The notes under the pieces are model-generated. The model was not told the DNA's origin. It worked only from the letters and a program-made list of their open reading frames with translations, and did not search any database. Shown one piece after another: positions 12,569-25,648 of a stretch of 64,000 bases of DNA (the stretch's first letter is position 1; every line of letters begins with the position of its first letter). The position numbers were made by a program, and so were the translations under genes. This stretch comes from Podarcis tiliguerta (lineage: Eukaryota), in the NCBI GenBank assembly GCA_965153285.1, contig OZ229115.1; one strand, given 5' to 3'.

Positions 12569-15500
12569 ATCTATTGCATTAATATGACCTGACCATACAA
12601 TTACTAATCTACATCTGAGTTGATGTTGATCAGTTTTTAAAAGCACAATCTGGGGTGTGTGGGAGCTGGAAGCCCTCTGTTGTTGCTATTGTTAAATATG
12701 TTGGAAATGGAAATAGTTGTTGATCTACTGCAAATCACCCAGAGATTTACTAAGAGATCCTCATCTGCATTTTGCTTACCCCCTTTACAGAAGAATAGAG
12801 CTTCCCACATTTTAGAATGTATATCCTAATGTGAGTTATTTTCACATTGCCCCCCAAATGAGTAGCATGTTAATCCAACAATAAAGATGTTTAATGATTT
12901 TGTCATGGTCATCTGGTCCCAATCCAGTCTGGTTTTTTTTTTTGGGGGGGGGGGGGTTTGTAAAATCTACCCCAAGAAAATAATAATAAAAAATACACGG
13001 AGATGATACTTGAGCACACTTAGCATGCTTACTTATTTTCTTTTGGCCCCTTGGCAAGCCATAGATTTCTCTGGCATAGAAAGAGCAACAGACAAGTTAC
13101 ATTTGATGGCAACCATCACATAAGCGTCTCTAAGGAATGCATGGGGTGACCATGCCATGAGCGCACAGAGGTACCTCTATGTATGGGCCCTAAGATTAGG
13201 TCACACAGGATCCTGGCATGCACATTCTGCTAAGGAGTATGGCCCCAACCTATCATTTATAATATTCTGCATGAAGTGGAACTAATGCATGTGCATTTGT
13301 ACGTATGTGTGCCCTACCTACACAATTAGAGGTGGGTGGTTCTTTTACACACACACACACTAAATTCACACCAGGTTCACATTAAATGACTGCACAGCAG
13401 TGGGGCCTGATCCTGTGGCTTATTTGCAGTCCAGTGCATGTTGAACATGTTGGGACCTCATGTGAACTCTTTCTGCCTCTGTTGGGAAAGAAAGATGGAA
13501 TATATTTGATTTGGGAGTGTTGTCCAACTATAACACATGCTCATAAGTCTGAGAAATTTGTATTGACCAGCTCACTTCCCCCAGATGTCTCTTTTTATCC
13601 AGCTTGAAGAATAAAAGCTGATGATTCCTCTGTACTTAATGATCAATGGTGTGTGTAGGTTGATGCCTCTGCTGGGGGTCTTGTGGTGTCTGGTCATCCT
13701 GACAGATTGAATAGGGGTGAAGCTAAGAGATAGGTTTGAAGTGGTGGGGGGATGTGCAGGTGGGAATTTCTCCCAGATATTAAGTCTGAGAAAGGTTACC
13801 AGGACAGTAGTCTAAACCTCAGTTATGATGCAATCCACCAAATTCACTACAGTAATTAACTTGAAAAAACAGTTTTCAAGTTTTTATTTCTTCTAAAACA
13901 GTCTTCTCGATTAGAAAGATCTAACTCATGAGGAAGCCTCTTGTCCAAAGGCTACTCTGTGTCACTGCTAAAAACTAAGCTGGTTTTTAAAACTTTTTTA
14001 TTCCTTAACTTTATTGGGTTTTAACATGTATATAAGTTTAACACTTGAAATTACCAAAGTTGAAAACTATTCATGTCATCCCTTTCTTCCTGTCTGATTT
14101 TGAATATAAATGTAGCTCTGTATCTTTGTCCTGAATCCACAGCCCTTTAGTTTATAGTATCTTCTTCCTGTGACAGTCTTTAAAACTTGTTATTAAATTA
14201 CCTATGAAGTTAAACAAAGAAGAACTCCATAAACCTCTCACAATAAAGTCAAGATTCTTTTATCAAGTGGCAAGTCATGCTTGACAGGGGGTTCCCTCCC
14301 CCAGTATTGATATGGCTATCAAGTTGCAGTTGACCATGTCTGCCCCTTTCAAGGCATGTCTACTTAGCTATGTGCCTAATGAAACCACCCCACTTCCTTT
14401 GTGCTTTAGGATGAGGTGGATTGTGGGGGGGCAGAGAATTTCTTCTTAGTGCAGATGCACAGGAGGATACAAGGTAACCCTTTTGTTTGCTGTGGGAAGA
14501 GTTGGCACTTTGTTCTTTGTCTTTACGATGCGTTGCATAATGGCAACCTGCAGCCCTTGAATAGCTTCAATAGACATCACTCTAATGATCCCATGGTGCT
14601 CAGCAGCACAAGTGCTACGCTCAACTCTTGTAATGCATACTGTCCTCACTCATTTCTGCCAGGCTCCTGGGCACTGTTGCTAAGTGTCCCCAGGGCTGGA
14701 GTGAGCATGCCAGCCCCCCCCCTTCCCCGATCTCTCTGGGTGGCTAGGCAGTCCCATTTTTTTTGCCTGGCTGCTCTTTTGCTAAGCACCCCTGCAGTGA
14801 TGCAATAAGCTTTCCGGAGCAATGGTTATCGGTTGGCCTTTTACTCTTTTGTACAAAACCCAAATGTCCTCCTGTTCTTCCTTCTCAGCTCCTCCCTCTC
14901 CTCCCCCTCCCATCTGTGATTGCCTTTCAATGGAAGGGCCAGCAAAAGAGGGGTTAATACCCAGTGGCACCTGCAGCTTGGCTGGTGGTGTTGACATGAG
15001 GAGGAGGGGAGATTCTTGGTGGGTGGGGGGGCAAGCAGAATGAGGAGGGGGAATGGTTGGTGGCTTTATTATAAAGAGCTCAGCAGGCCCTGGGCTCCCA
15101 TTGTCCAAGTGGCAAATAAATAAATAGGAGAAAGCAAGTCTTCCCTATGGCTCCACCACGGGAGGTTAACAGCTGGGCATGACATGACAAATTGGACCCT
15201 TTTTGGTAGAGATGGATCCTATCAGCCCTGAGCAGCAGAGCTTAAGCGGGAGGGAACATCGCAAAGGGCTTGTTTAACTTTGGAAGGGATTTTCCTTCCT
15301 TGCAGCCATGTATGTGGCTTTCTTCTCTTAAAAAGTTTACCCCTTGAAGTAACAATATTATGGGCTTAATGTCAGAATAGACCACACAAGCCCATTTGGG
15401 GATGGGAAGGGATAGCCCTTTATGTTTCTTTTCTTTAGTCAAGAAGCCCTCTGCAGGGAGCCAGAACCAGATCTGTAAATTAGGTGCTCACCTCCACCAC

Positions 15501-15603
15501 ACCCCATTTCATGTTTCATACAGTCTACCTGTTCCTTCCACTGGGGTTTTTGAAAGGAATATAGTTTTCTGATGGATTACAAAACTTTAGATTTAGACTG
15601 ATA

Positions 15604-15953
15604 CAGTGGTGCCGGGAAGGGGGAGGCTGGGGTGTGTGTGGTCCTGGATGCATTTTTTTGATGGGGCACTACCAGACATCCCTTTGACAAGCTCCCTCAT
15701 CAGAGCCTGAAACAGCTGAAAGGCACCAGATGCACCTCCACTCCCAGGTCAAGCCTGACCCAGAGGTAGAGAGAGGAGAGTCGCGGCAATGTTGCTGTCC
15801 ACTCTCCTCAGTTGCAGTGCGCCAGCCACAGTAGCTCCACGCCTGGGTCAGGCCTGACTTGGGGTTGCAGCGAGCTCCCTCCAAGCCCCACCCCCTTGGG
15901 GGTTCCCCCCCATGCTCTTGCCCCAGGCAGTGCTAGCCTATGCTCTGCTGCTA
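15604..15953. mobile_element. Non-autonomous hAT-like element
   Basis: 8-bp TSD GACTGATA at 15596-15603 and 15954-15961. Left end CAGTGGTG, degenerate right TIR, GC-rich body. Confidence 0.6.
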
Positions 15954-16098
15954 GACTGATAACCCCCAGTTGCACCCCACCCCCACAAAGAAACCCCAAA
16001 GCTATTCGGCATGCTATGGTTAGTTTCTTAGCATTAGAATCCAAAGGATGCCATTTTAAAACTTGTGGGATAAATTTGCTTGTTAACAATAGGCACCT

Positions 16099-16283
16099 TG
16101 GAAGCTGCTTTATATTGAGCCAGGCCATTGGTCCATCTAGCTCAGTATTGTCTACACTGACAGGCAGCAGCTCTACAGGGTTTCAGGCAGGAGACATTAG
16201 CTCTATCTGGAGATGTTGTGGATCGAACCTGGGACCTTCTGCATGCAAAGCACATGTTCTGCCACTGAGCTGTGGCCCTTCCC
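16099..16283 (-). mobile_element. tRNA-derived SINE (Squam3-like)
   Basis: Minus strand has an A box (AGCTCAGTGG) and a B box (GGTTCGATCC), with tail GAGCTAGATGGACCAATGG...GCAGCTTCC. Homologous to 52617-52806. Confidence 0.85.
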
Positions 16284-17162
16284 CTAGCTGATTTCTGAAT
16301 TTTGCCTCATTTCGGAAATGAAAAGTGCCAGGCAGGAGCCACTCACCCCATTTCGCTGCCTGTCCCACCTTTGAAGCATCACTTACTAGGGTCACATGGC
16401 TGTGGTTTTTGGGTTTCGGCAAGATATTCCAAAAAGCCTGTGAGATATCACTGGACACCACAGCTGCTTCTCCTTGCTTCTTCGGTGGTGGTGGTGGGGT
16501 GCAGGTGGGGTAACCCCCCCCCCCACAGAAGTGAGAAGAAGCAGTGGGGGAAAGGGTTTGGAGCAACCAAATTCAGGGAGATAGGGCCCAGAACGGTAGA
16601 GGGTTCAGAGCCTTCTCTTCTGTGTGCTTGTCTTGCTGTTAAAGTATGGTGACCCCTCCCCTACTTTCTGTGAATGGACTGGACAAGTGAAAAATGTCTC
16701 CATCACATTTAGTTTTAGCCTAATTCACTTGCAGAGGTGATTAGCGTTAGAGTTCGCCCCACCCTCCAGCCACATTGAAAGCTATTCCAGACTTCCCAGA
16801 AGAGGACAGTAGAGACAAAAAGTGACGTCTGGCTACTGAGTGCTGATGGGGGAGGCAAAAAGCTAAGATTACAATGCCTGGAGAATACTTCTAGCACTAA
16901 TTTAGAGCTGGACAAGCATGAACTTTACAAAGCATGTATTTCATGCCCTTCTAAATACATTGCTGAAAGCAAATTCAAATCTCTGGTGTAAATCTATCCT
17001 TTAGAAATTTTAAGAAATATAAAGCAAAATCATTGTTTTTTGAAAGTTTGTACAATGAACCCCCCCCCCTTTTGTGTGTAGGAATGTGTGACTGTGACTG
17101 TTGCTTTACTTAGGTGTATAAATTAATGCCTCACATTGCCCCCCCCCCCCAGCAAAAATAAC

Positions 17163-17227
17163 AAAGGGTCTTGTGGCACCTTCAGTACCAACAAATTTAT
17201 TATGACGTAAGCTTTTGTGGACTCAAG
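17163..17227. mobile_element. Penelope-like element terminal fragment
   Basis: gtcttgtggcaccttcagtaccaacaaatttattatgacgtaagcttttgtggac resembles the reptile Penelope terminal sequence as I recall it. Confidence 0.55.
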
Positions 17228-18442
17228 GTGCTTAAGTGGTTTTCAGTGCAGATAAAAAAACAACCTTAGGTGTGAATGTGACAGATATTTTAAATAAACC
17301 TCGTTGGGAAAATAAAATCCCACAAGGCTAGGCGTGTAGTAGAAACTTCTTCTGAAGGCATTCAGCACTCCCTCTTTTTTCAGATCCAAATAACTTTCTC
17401 CTTTTGTCCCTCATTCTGCAAGTTAGGGCATAGGAGAAGAGATAAATACATATAGGAGAGAGAGAGAGAGAACTTGGAAGAAAATGGCAGAGCTGCCACT
17501 TGAGCATCAGTACACAAGCTTCCTAAGCATTATAAGATGCAACTCTGAATCTCAGCATATGCTTCCTGGGGGTAGACAACATGCATTCGTTCTGTAGCAT
17601 GCAGCTGATTCTGTGGAGCCCACCCAAGGGAATAGTACTACTTTCCCGCTTGCATTCCAGCAGTTGAGACTGACCTCAAGACGTGGGGGAAGCATTTTCT
17701 TTCAAATAAAACAAAACACCAGTCCCTCTATTTCTGAAGTTGACAAGCATATATGAATGGCACCATTTATGTAAAAGGAGGGGATATTTGCAGGCTTGAG
17801 AGAACCCCAAGAGTTACAGCAGTACAAAAAAATTAACAAACAAAATACCCAAAGGGGAGACAACCCCCATTTGAAAAAGAATTGAGCATGCTTAGTTGCT
17901 GCATAATGCTTATTCATTGTTAGAGCTTGGAAGTGTAAATCAGGGAAATGGGAAGTATATCCTATAGAAGGGCATGGCTGGCTGACTGGAACTCTAAATA
18001 GGAAAACTCCATGCTGCAACATTTTGTTGCAAGTTCCACTTGTAAATTTCTGGTTTTCTGTGTGTCCAGAGAAGGGTCTGTACACCTGATATATTATTTT
18101 GGACTGGGCTACATGTGTAGGTACATGTAGATGGTGTGTGTCTTCTCGTATGCATTTGTAGCCCTTTTGTTCATTATATGCATGTTTAAATTTCAATGTT
18201 GAATCAATGTTGAAAACTTATAGGGGCTGAGGGAATTCTGCTTTTCTAGTTCTATTCTGGGAAACCAGAGTACCCCTCTCTATGCTAGAGTAAGATGCTG
18301 ACCCTGTCCTTCTAAGCAGGAGTTGCTATCCCAATAGTGAGACTGCTTCCTCAACCCATCAAATGGTCCCTTACCCATTTACGGTAAGAAAATTTTCCTT
18401 TCCCTCACAACTTCACCTGGGGCCTTACATATAAATACACAA

Positions 18443-18444
<2 letters not shown>

Positions 18445-18492
<48 letters not shown>
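18445..18492. repeat. (TC)24 microsatellite
   Basis: Perfect dinucleotide run. Confidence 0.97.
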
Positions 18493-18496
<4 letters not shown>

Positions 18497-18499
18497 TGT

Positions 18500-18660
18500 C
18501 TCATATCTCCACTCCTGCCCATAAACGCCACAGTGAGGCCACAGCCTGATTGAATTTGGAAGCCTTTGTTTACAGACGTCTGGCTGGACAAGAGGCTATT
18601 TATTGAATTTTCCATGAAATGTTGCTCCCTTAATGCTGTAAAGAGCAGGCTGCCCACATC
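18500..18660. promoter_or_regulatory. Candidate enhancer
   Basis: CCATAAA (HOX), TGATTGA (PBX), overlapping CTTTGT/TGTTTAC (SOX/FOX) and CTATTTAT within ~100 bp. Confidence 0.35.
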
Positions 18661-20026
18661 AAGAGGGAGGTTGTGTTAACAGATCAGGTTACTCTAAGAT
18701 GCATTGTATGCCTGTCCCACACTCTTTCTGCATGCTCAGGCAAGCCTAAGTGTGTGCCTGTGTGTATACATACACATATCAATGGGGACTGGTGTTGGGA
18801 TTGCACTATAGTGGGAAACTGTCTTTTGCCCATGGAGTTGTATCTTCCTCACACCAGAAAGGACTGGTAGTTCCTTTCAAAGGGATTCTGTCATTACAAT
18901 GCTAGTTATGCTAGTACATCATCTTCACATAGGGGTAGAATGTGCTGTTGAGAAAATTAATTATATAAGATTGTATCCCAGATTCTAGCCCCATAAGCAG
19001 AAATTCATGATGAAGTATTTTGCTTTCTGCTTTTTGGAAATTTTGGCAGCCTAAGTATAAGACTGGCCAATATTCCAATATTTGGGAGGCTTGGAGTGTT
19101 CCTCAAGAGCAGGTGGGGCTTGTGCCTGATCAGTGTCTGGGCAATGGTGGCTATTTATGGGAGTTAACCAATAAGCGTGATCTGTGTATTCATAGATGCT
19201 GTTATGCAAAAAGGAACATCATAGAATGCATTACACCAGAGATGTATTTTGTGATGCAGGCAGTCTAATTTTTGTTGTATTTGTTTTTGTTAGATGTCTT
19301 AAGTTAAAAAGAAAAGAACAAATTTATGTGACCAAATATTTTGGTGGAAGGAAATAAATTACCAGTATGTTGTGTGGGCTGCTTATAGATTAAGGTTTTT
19401 TTTGCAAAGCATGTAAAAGATCCACACCACATCTTTTGACCTCTAATCCTGTTTCGCAATGGGGTGGGTGTGAGTTATATTCTGCCTAAAATAAGCTAAG
19501 TCTACAATTTTCTCCTGTTGCAGTTATCATTACATGAGTTTCCTCTCCTCCTTGGAAAGAAAAAGTTATGTGTGCAAATGTATATTGAAAGGCTCTGAAC
19601 TGAAAGCCCCAGGATTCCCAAGGAAAAATAAAAGGGCTTCGGAGAGTCCATGTGTTCACCATGTTAGAAAAACAAACCCCCACAAATAGAGCATACCAAA
19701 CACTGTGAAGAGGAGGTGATTTCAAGGAGAACTGGAGGGGTGTGTCCCCAGCATCACAGCATTTATTTGGGTCTTCCTTCATTGGTGCAGGCAGGAGGGC
19801 AGGATGGTTGTGGGATTGTTTTCTCAGACTTGATTGGTTTATTTATCCTTGGACCAGACTCCCATCTGGTCCAACTTCAAACGGGAGCTGTGGCAAAGCT
19901 ACCGGGAGAGAGCAGCTGAGGAAAGCATAGAAGTATTCCTGGAAATAGAAGTGGCTGTTTGTGTGAAGGGGAATGGTCAGGATCGGCTCCCAGAGCCAAG
20001 CTGTATGACTCACTGTATTTTGCTTG

Positions 20027-21550
20027 CCTTTATTTATTTAATGAAAATGTTTATATACCATTTCTCTTTAATATGAAGATGGTATATAAGAAAACAATTC
20101 AATACAAAATAGCAATTCAAAATACAATAAAAGTAATCCAATTACAACAGCATACTATAGTTTCAGTAACCAGGAATCATTCAGATGATAGGTTCCAGCT
20201 GTATGTCAGGGGAGAGTTCACTCCACAAGCTGGGAGCCACCACTGAAAAGGCCTACCTCCAGGTTGCTGCAACTTAAACCTCTGCAAGCTAACATAACCT
20301 AATAGGGTTATCTCCCAAGATCTTAGTGAATGGACAGGTATATGTGGCAGAAGGTGTTACTTCAGATGGTAGTCAGTGTGAATCCTTTTAACAGTTTTAA
20401 TATGTGCACAGTAGTTTGCCTCACTTAGCATCTTAGTTGCTGCATTATGAGTTGCAGCTTCTGAACCAGTCTTAAGGACAATCCCACATAGAGGGCATTC
20501 CAATTGTCCAGTCTTGAGGTTACCGATGCTAGGCTATCTAAGTCCAGGAATGGTCATAACTGATGCACGCTTAGACACTGAGACATCCAGTGAAAAAGAT
20601 GAATGAAGGAACACCTCCACCCCAGGCTACATATCTTCAGGGCTACATATCTTCGGGGGGAGTACAACCCTGTCTTGAACAGGTACACTCTTCCAGGGCT
20701 TCAGTCTTACCAGGATTCAGCTGCAGCATATTGCCTGTCTTTCTGCTTACTACTGCTTCCAGACACCATCTCTGAATCATTCCTGGTTCAAATGTAACAT
20801 GACAGAAAGAAAGCTGGGTATCATCAACATACTGAAAATATTTAGCTCCGAGGCCCCTCAAGACCACCCCCAATAGCTTTGTATAGATTGTAAATTGAGA
20901 AGATGATTCCTTGCAGCACCCCACAGCATAACTGTCAAGGGTCCGAAAAGCAGTCATTCAGTGTTACTGTCTCAGACTATCTCCACAGGCAGAGCAGAAT
21001 GCAGGGCTTCCAACTCACAAATTATGGAGGTGGTCCAGGAGGAGACAATGGTCAATGATACCAAAAGCCACTGAGAAACTGAGCAAGCATAACATGCTCA
21101 CATTCCCTTATCTCTCCCAATATAAAGGCAACCAAGCTTTATTCCATCCCAAAATCATGTCCAAACTTAGACTGAAATATTAGATAATCAATATCCTCCA
21201 ATAGTTCAGCTGAACTGAAACCACCCTTTTGAGCAGCTTACTCAAAAATAGGATATTAACAACTGAGTGTTAGTTGTTTAAAAAAATGTACAGGATGCTT
21301 TTTCCCCCAGATGCAAGTGCACTACTTCCTCCTTAGGAATGGTAGATGCCACTCCCTCATTCTTCATAACCTGGACCCACTTGATTGGCCCACTTTGGAT
21401 AGATTGAATCAGCCATCTTGGGCAGGAGTTGAGAGAGAAGACAATTAGCTGAACAGTGACAAGCAAACTGCCCACATTTTCAGACAACAAAATCTAAAAC
21501 TGATCCCATAAAGCATGATCAGACAATACATTGAATGCCTCAATTGGACC
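20027..21550 (-). mobile_element. Decayed L2 LINE including the RT region
   Basis: (TTTA)n tail at ~20029. ORF 20643..20957(-) contains QYVDDTQL (YADD motif). ORF 21278..21490(-) contains SLNSCPRWLI and KEEVVHL, typical of the L2 pre-RT region. Confidence 0.8.
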
Positions 21551-23289
21551 TGCTACAATAGAGGTGGGAAACTGAATCTGGTTAGTAGGACATATTATCC
21601 CACCTCCCATGGGTCTCGTAAATTTCCTGATGTCAGATTACCTTTTTTGCTCATATAGGAATGCAGAGCCATTTTTGTTTTGTTGCTACAGATTTTGCAT
21701 ACATGCACACATACAAGCCCCAGTTTGGGCGTGATGACTTCCTTGCCAGTCCTACTTTCTCCCCTAACCAGACACTGAATACCATTCTAAATGCCTGCCC
21801 ACCCCATGTCAGTTATGGATTGCCACAAGAATCAGGAACTTGATTCTGCTTGCCAGCCAATAAGTGGTCATTGGCTGCCATTTCAAAAGACACAATGGAG
21901 TTCAGTGAAGCAGGGGCTGATCCAGTCTACACCAGGATGGAGGTGTTTTGCCTTCCTACCCAGAAGCCTGCCTGTGAGTTTAAAAGTAGTGCAGTGTAAG
22001 CCACAGTTGCATGTACGTGGATCAAATTTGGTGGCAGGGTCTATGTGGAGAATGCAGGAGCTGCCTGAGACTCATTTTTCTATATTACTTGAGTGAACAA
22101 GCAGTTGGCCATGTGCCAAAGACAAGCAGCAGCTGGAGGTCACCCCTTCTTTCACTCTCTCACTCTCGCCCAAGCAAACCTTAGTCCTGTTAGGTTTCAG
22201 GCAGGGTGAAAGGGCAGGAGGTAAGCAGGAGACCGTGAGAGGGAAGAGCAAGAAGCAGCTGGAAGAAGGAAATGCTCAGTTCCTGTTCTTCGGGTCATTG
22301 CCTAGAGCAGCTGGGCGGGCCACTTATTTTCTTCTCATCAGCTCCCTAAATCAGAGAACCTATATGGACTGTTAAATAGATTTTTAAAGTGAGTACTATA
22401 GTGCTAACTATATCCTTGACATTAGCATAAGTTTCAGGTAGGTTTCACAGGTGAACTGGGCAAGTGATCTGGGGCCAGGACTGGAGGGAAACACAGAGTA
22501 TTTCTGCTGAAATAATCATCACAGTATCTTTATAGCCTCAGTTCACATCACCTAGCATACAGAGTCCATGCACAGAGTTGCTTGTGAGAAGCTCCACACA
22601 CTTGCCCATCAAACAGAAGATTGGTGCTGGGTGAGAGGAGGCCTGGAATGACATCAAGCAAGATTAGAACTGCCTCAATGGCAAATCTATTCCTGAGAGC
22701 ATCAGTCATCTTTTGTGTTGGCCATTTGAACTTGATAGACAATAATAAGAGTTCTGATCAGAAATCTGACTTGCTCTGGCAGGACTTGTCTACAGAAGGG
22801 GAAAGAGAACCCTTCCTTGCCACTGACTTTTTGGCTTGCAAGACTTAGGGACACAGTTGTGATTTAGGGATTGTATCCATCTTGACTAATACTCATGGAG
22901 GAATTAATCATTAACTGTCTTTTTTTAAGCTTTAATAAACCTTGCTTCCCTCCTTTCCTTTGAAGTGAGCTGCACACATCTGATAGCTTCCATTAATTTG
23001 CTATGGGCCTGCTACACATTGATAACTTGAATATCTTAAGACTATGTAGGCCTCAGGACTATATAACAATGCACTCTTTCCTTCAGCTGGAAAGTAGGTG
23101 GAAAAAGAGAGCTAGTATCATTCCTAGGAGTTAGACAAAGGTGTTTGGTTGCACTGTGTGGGCACATTGGAAGGAAAACTTGCAAATAATGGGGTCAGCC
23201 TTTGCAGAGGCTGGGTTTCCCGTCCCTTTACTCCTTAGCAGTCCCTGTTAAATCTGATCCTTTGTTTTAAGGGTCTGCCTGGCCCTTAT

Positions 23290-23420
23290 GGGCAGCTGCA
23301 AATGGCAGTTTCTAAACGATCTTCACGCCAACTCCGTTGGTGCAGCAAAAACATCAAAGCCTATAATTCACGCCCTCCTGCGTGCTGTGCCTCACAAATG
23401 TTGAACCTTTGATGTGTACA
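23290..23420. promoter_or_regulatory. Candidate Wnt-responsive element
   Basis: Two 9-bp TCF/LEF sites in inverted orientation (ACATCAAAG 23351-23359, CTTTGATGT 23407-23415), E-boxes and CpGs. Confidence 0.45.
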
Positions 23421-24136
23421 CCCCCTTTCTCCTTGTTACCTGCACATGGGGGCTAGTCTGTGTCGACTCTTTGCAACAAGATGCCAGACCTGCTCAGTAA
23501 GGCAGTTTTATAGGGCATCTGCTGTCATTCAGTGTTTTTGCCCATTTGACGGGACATCTGTGCAACAGTAGAGAGGGGGAGGGGAGGTGGGGACAGCTGC
23601 TAAACAGCACCTAGACCCTTTCCCTCAGCATACACACCTGCAAAGAAGTGGATAGACTTTGTACCAGATGTACCATGTCCACTCTTTAACAATTCATGCT
23701 GCAGCAGAGAACCCTCTGCCTATTTCCCTGTGCCTATTAATGTCCCTCTCAGAGAGCTCCGTGTCTTACTTCTTCTCTGCTTTGGAGTTTGAGCTTGGTT
23801 GCCTATACTGGGAAGTCTCCTTTTGTGGGGGGATTGGGGATGTTAGCATTTGCTCCATAAGTACTGCTTTCTAGAACAATGATTTTCAATTTTCTGAGAA
23901 TGACAATCTTTGCTATGAGAAGAACAGGAAAGGCTGACAAGCTTCTCTGAATCACCACTTCTGCCATTTGCAGCTTTCTCTCTACTGTTTTACAGCCTTT
24001 TGGGAGGACTGGGCATGTTCTGTTGCAGGAGTGGAGAAATGCAGGAGGCCAAATACACCTCTTCAGGCTTTCCTGTCCAGCTCTTAAGACACTCCAGGCT
24101 ACTTACTGTTACCAGCCACACACCCTCTCCCAAGGG

Positions 24137-24271
24137 CAGTGTTTGTCAAACTTGGGTCTCAGCTGTAGTTGGACTACAACTCCCATGATCCCTAGCTAGC
24201 AGGACCAGTGGTCAGGGATGATGGGAGTTGTAGTCCAACAACAGCTGGAGAACCAAGTTCGGGGAACAATG
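24137..24271. mobile_element. hAT (Charlie-like) MITE
   Basis: Palindromic ttggactacaactcccat...atgggagttgtagtccaa. TSD cccaaggg / ccctaggg (7 of 8 match). Confidence 0.85.
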
Positions 24272-24391
24272 CCCTAGGGTCACACTCCTCACCAGCCTTA
24301 CTTCAAATCCCCCTTGGACATTGCATGTTTTTTCTTTTCTGGCAGGGAAGGGTTTGCTGAAATTCTGATGATGCCTCTTGATTGTCTAGAT

Positions 24392-24524
24392 CAGGCTTCC
24401 TCAAACTCGGGCCTCCAGATGTTTATGGCCTACAACTCCCATGATCCCTAGCTAGCAGGACCAGTAGTCAGGGATGATGGGAATTGTAGTCAAAACATCT
24501 GGAGGCCCGAGTTTGAGGAAGCCT
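24392..24524. mobile_element. hAT (Charlie-like) MITE
   Basis: TIRs aggcttcctcaaactcgggcctccagatgtt / aacatctggaggcccgagtttgaggaagcct. Target gtctagat, partly collapsed on the right. Confidence 0.9.
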
Positions 24525-24748
24525 AGATGGAAGGAGTAGAGGAGTGTGTTTAAAATCTAGCCTGGTGTACAAAGTTAACATTTGCATTTGTTGCTTTTCC
24601 CACTTTTGACTCTGGCCTCAGCTGCCACTGGTATTTGGCCCCTGAAAGGTTGTCTAGATGGAAATGCAGCCCTTGGGGTGAAAATGGTTTCCCTACCCCT
24701 GTTGTATGGCATGCCCTAGTTTGTGTAGGATGTGTAGGATGTTTGTGT

Positions 24749-25224
24749 AGCAATGACAAACCTAGAAAAGCAATGACAAACCTAGACAGCATCTTAAAAA
24801 GCAGAGACATCACCTTGCCAACAAAGGTCCGTATAGTTAAAGCTATGGTTTTCCCAGTAGTGATGTATGGAAGTGAGAGCTGGACCATAAAGAAGGCTGA
24901 TCGCCGAAGAATTGATGCTTTTGAATTATGGTGCTGGAGGAGACTTTTTGAGAGTCCCATGGGCTGCAAGAAGATCAAACCTCTCCATTCTTAAGGAAAT
25001 CAGCCCTGAGTGCTCACTGGAAGGACAGATCGTGAAGCTGAGGCTCCAATACTTTGGCCACCTCATGAGAAGAGAAGACTCCCTGGAAAAGACCTTGATG
25101 TTGGGAAAGATTGAGGGCACAAGGAGAAGGGGGCGACAGAGGACGAGATGGTTGGACAGTGTTCTCAAAGCTACCAGCATGAGTTTGACCAAACTGCTGG
25201 AGGCAGTGGAAGACAGGAGTGCCT
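24749..25224 (+). mobile_element. BovB (RTE clade) LINE fragment, truncated at both ends
   Basis: Translates to RKAMTNLDSILKSRDITLPTKVRIVKAMVFPVVMYGSESWTIKKA, then after a frameshift LRVPWAARRSNLSILKEISPECSLEG...FGHLMRREDSLEKTLMLGKIEG. This is the BovB ORF C-terminus. Confidence 0.96.
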
Positions 25225-25361
25225 TTCACATGACAAGTGTTGTAATTTCACATGACAAAATTTGGGTCAGTACCCTGGCATACAGTTCTTTCCTGCTGTT
25301 TAAAAATTAGTGTGACATGGCAATGTACCAATAAAAAAGCCACAGTTCCATAATGCAACAG

Positions 25362-25648
25362 GAAGGGAAAGGGAAGGACCCCATAATGGTTAAGTCCAGT
25401 CAAAGGTGACTTTGGGGTGTGACGCTCATCTCGCTTCAGGCCAAGGGAGCCAGCATTTGTCCACAGACAGCTTTCTGGGTCATGTGGTCAGCATGACTAA
25501 ACTGCTTTTGACGCAATGAAACACTGTGACAGAAGCCAGAGCACATGGAAACTCCATTTACCTTCCCGCTGCAGCAGTACCTGTTTATCTGCTTGCACTG
25601 GTGTGCTTTCAAACTGCTAGGTTGGCAGAAGCTGGGACAGAGCAAACG
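25362..25648 (-). mobile_element. Sauria SINE, 5'-truncated
   Basis: Reverse complement of the Sauria SINE body and tail (ggttaagtccagtc...gggtcatgtggtcagcatgactaa...tttaccttcccgctgcagcagtacct...aactgctaggttggcagaagctggg). Confidence 0.9.
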
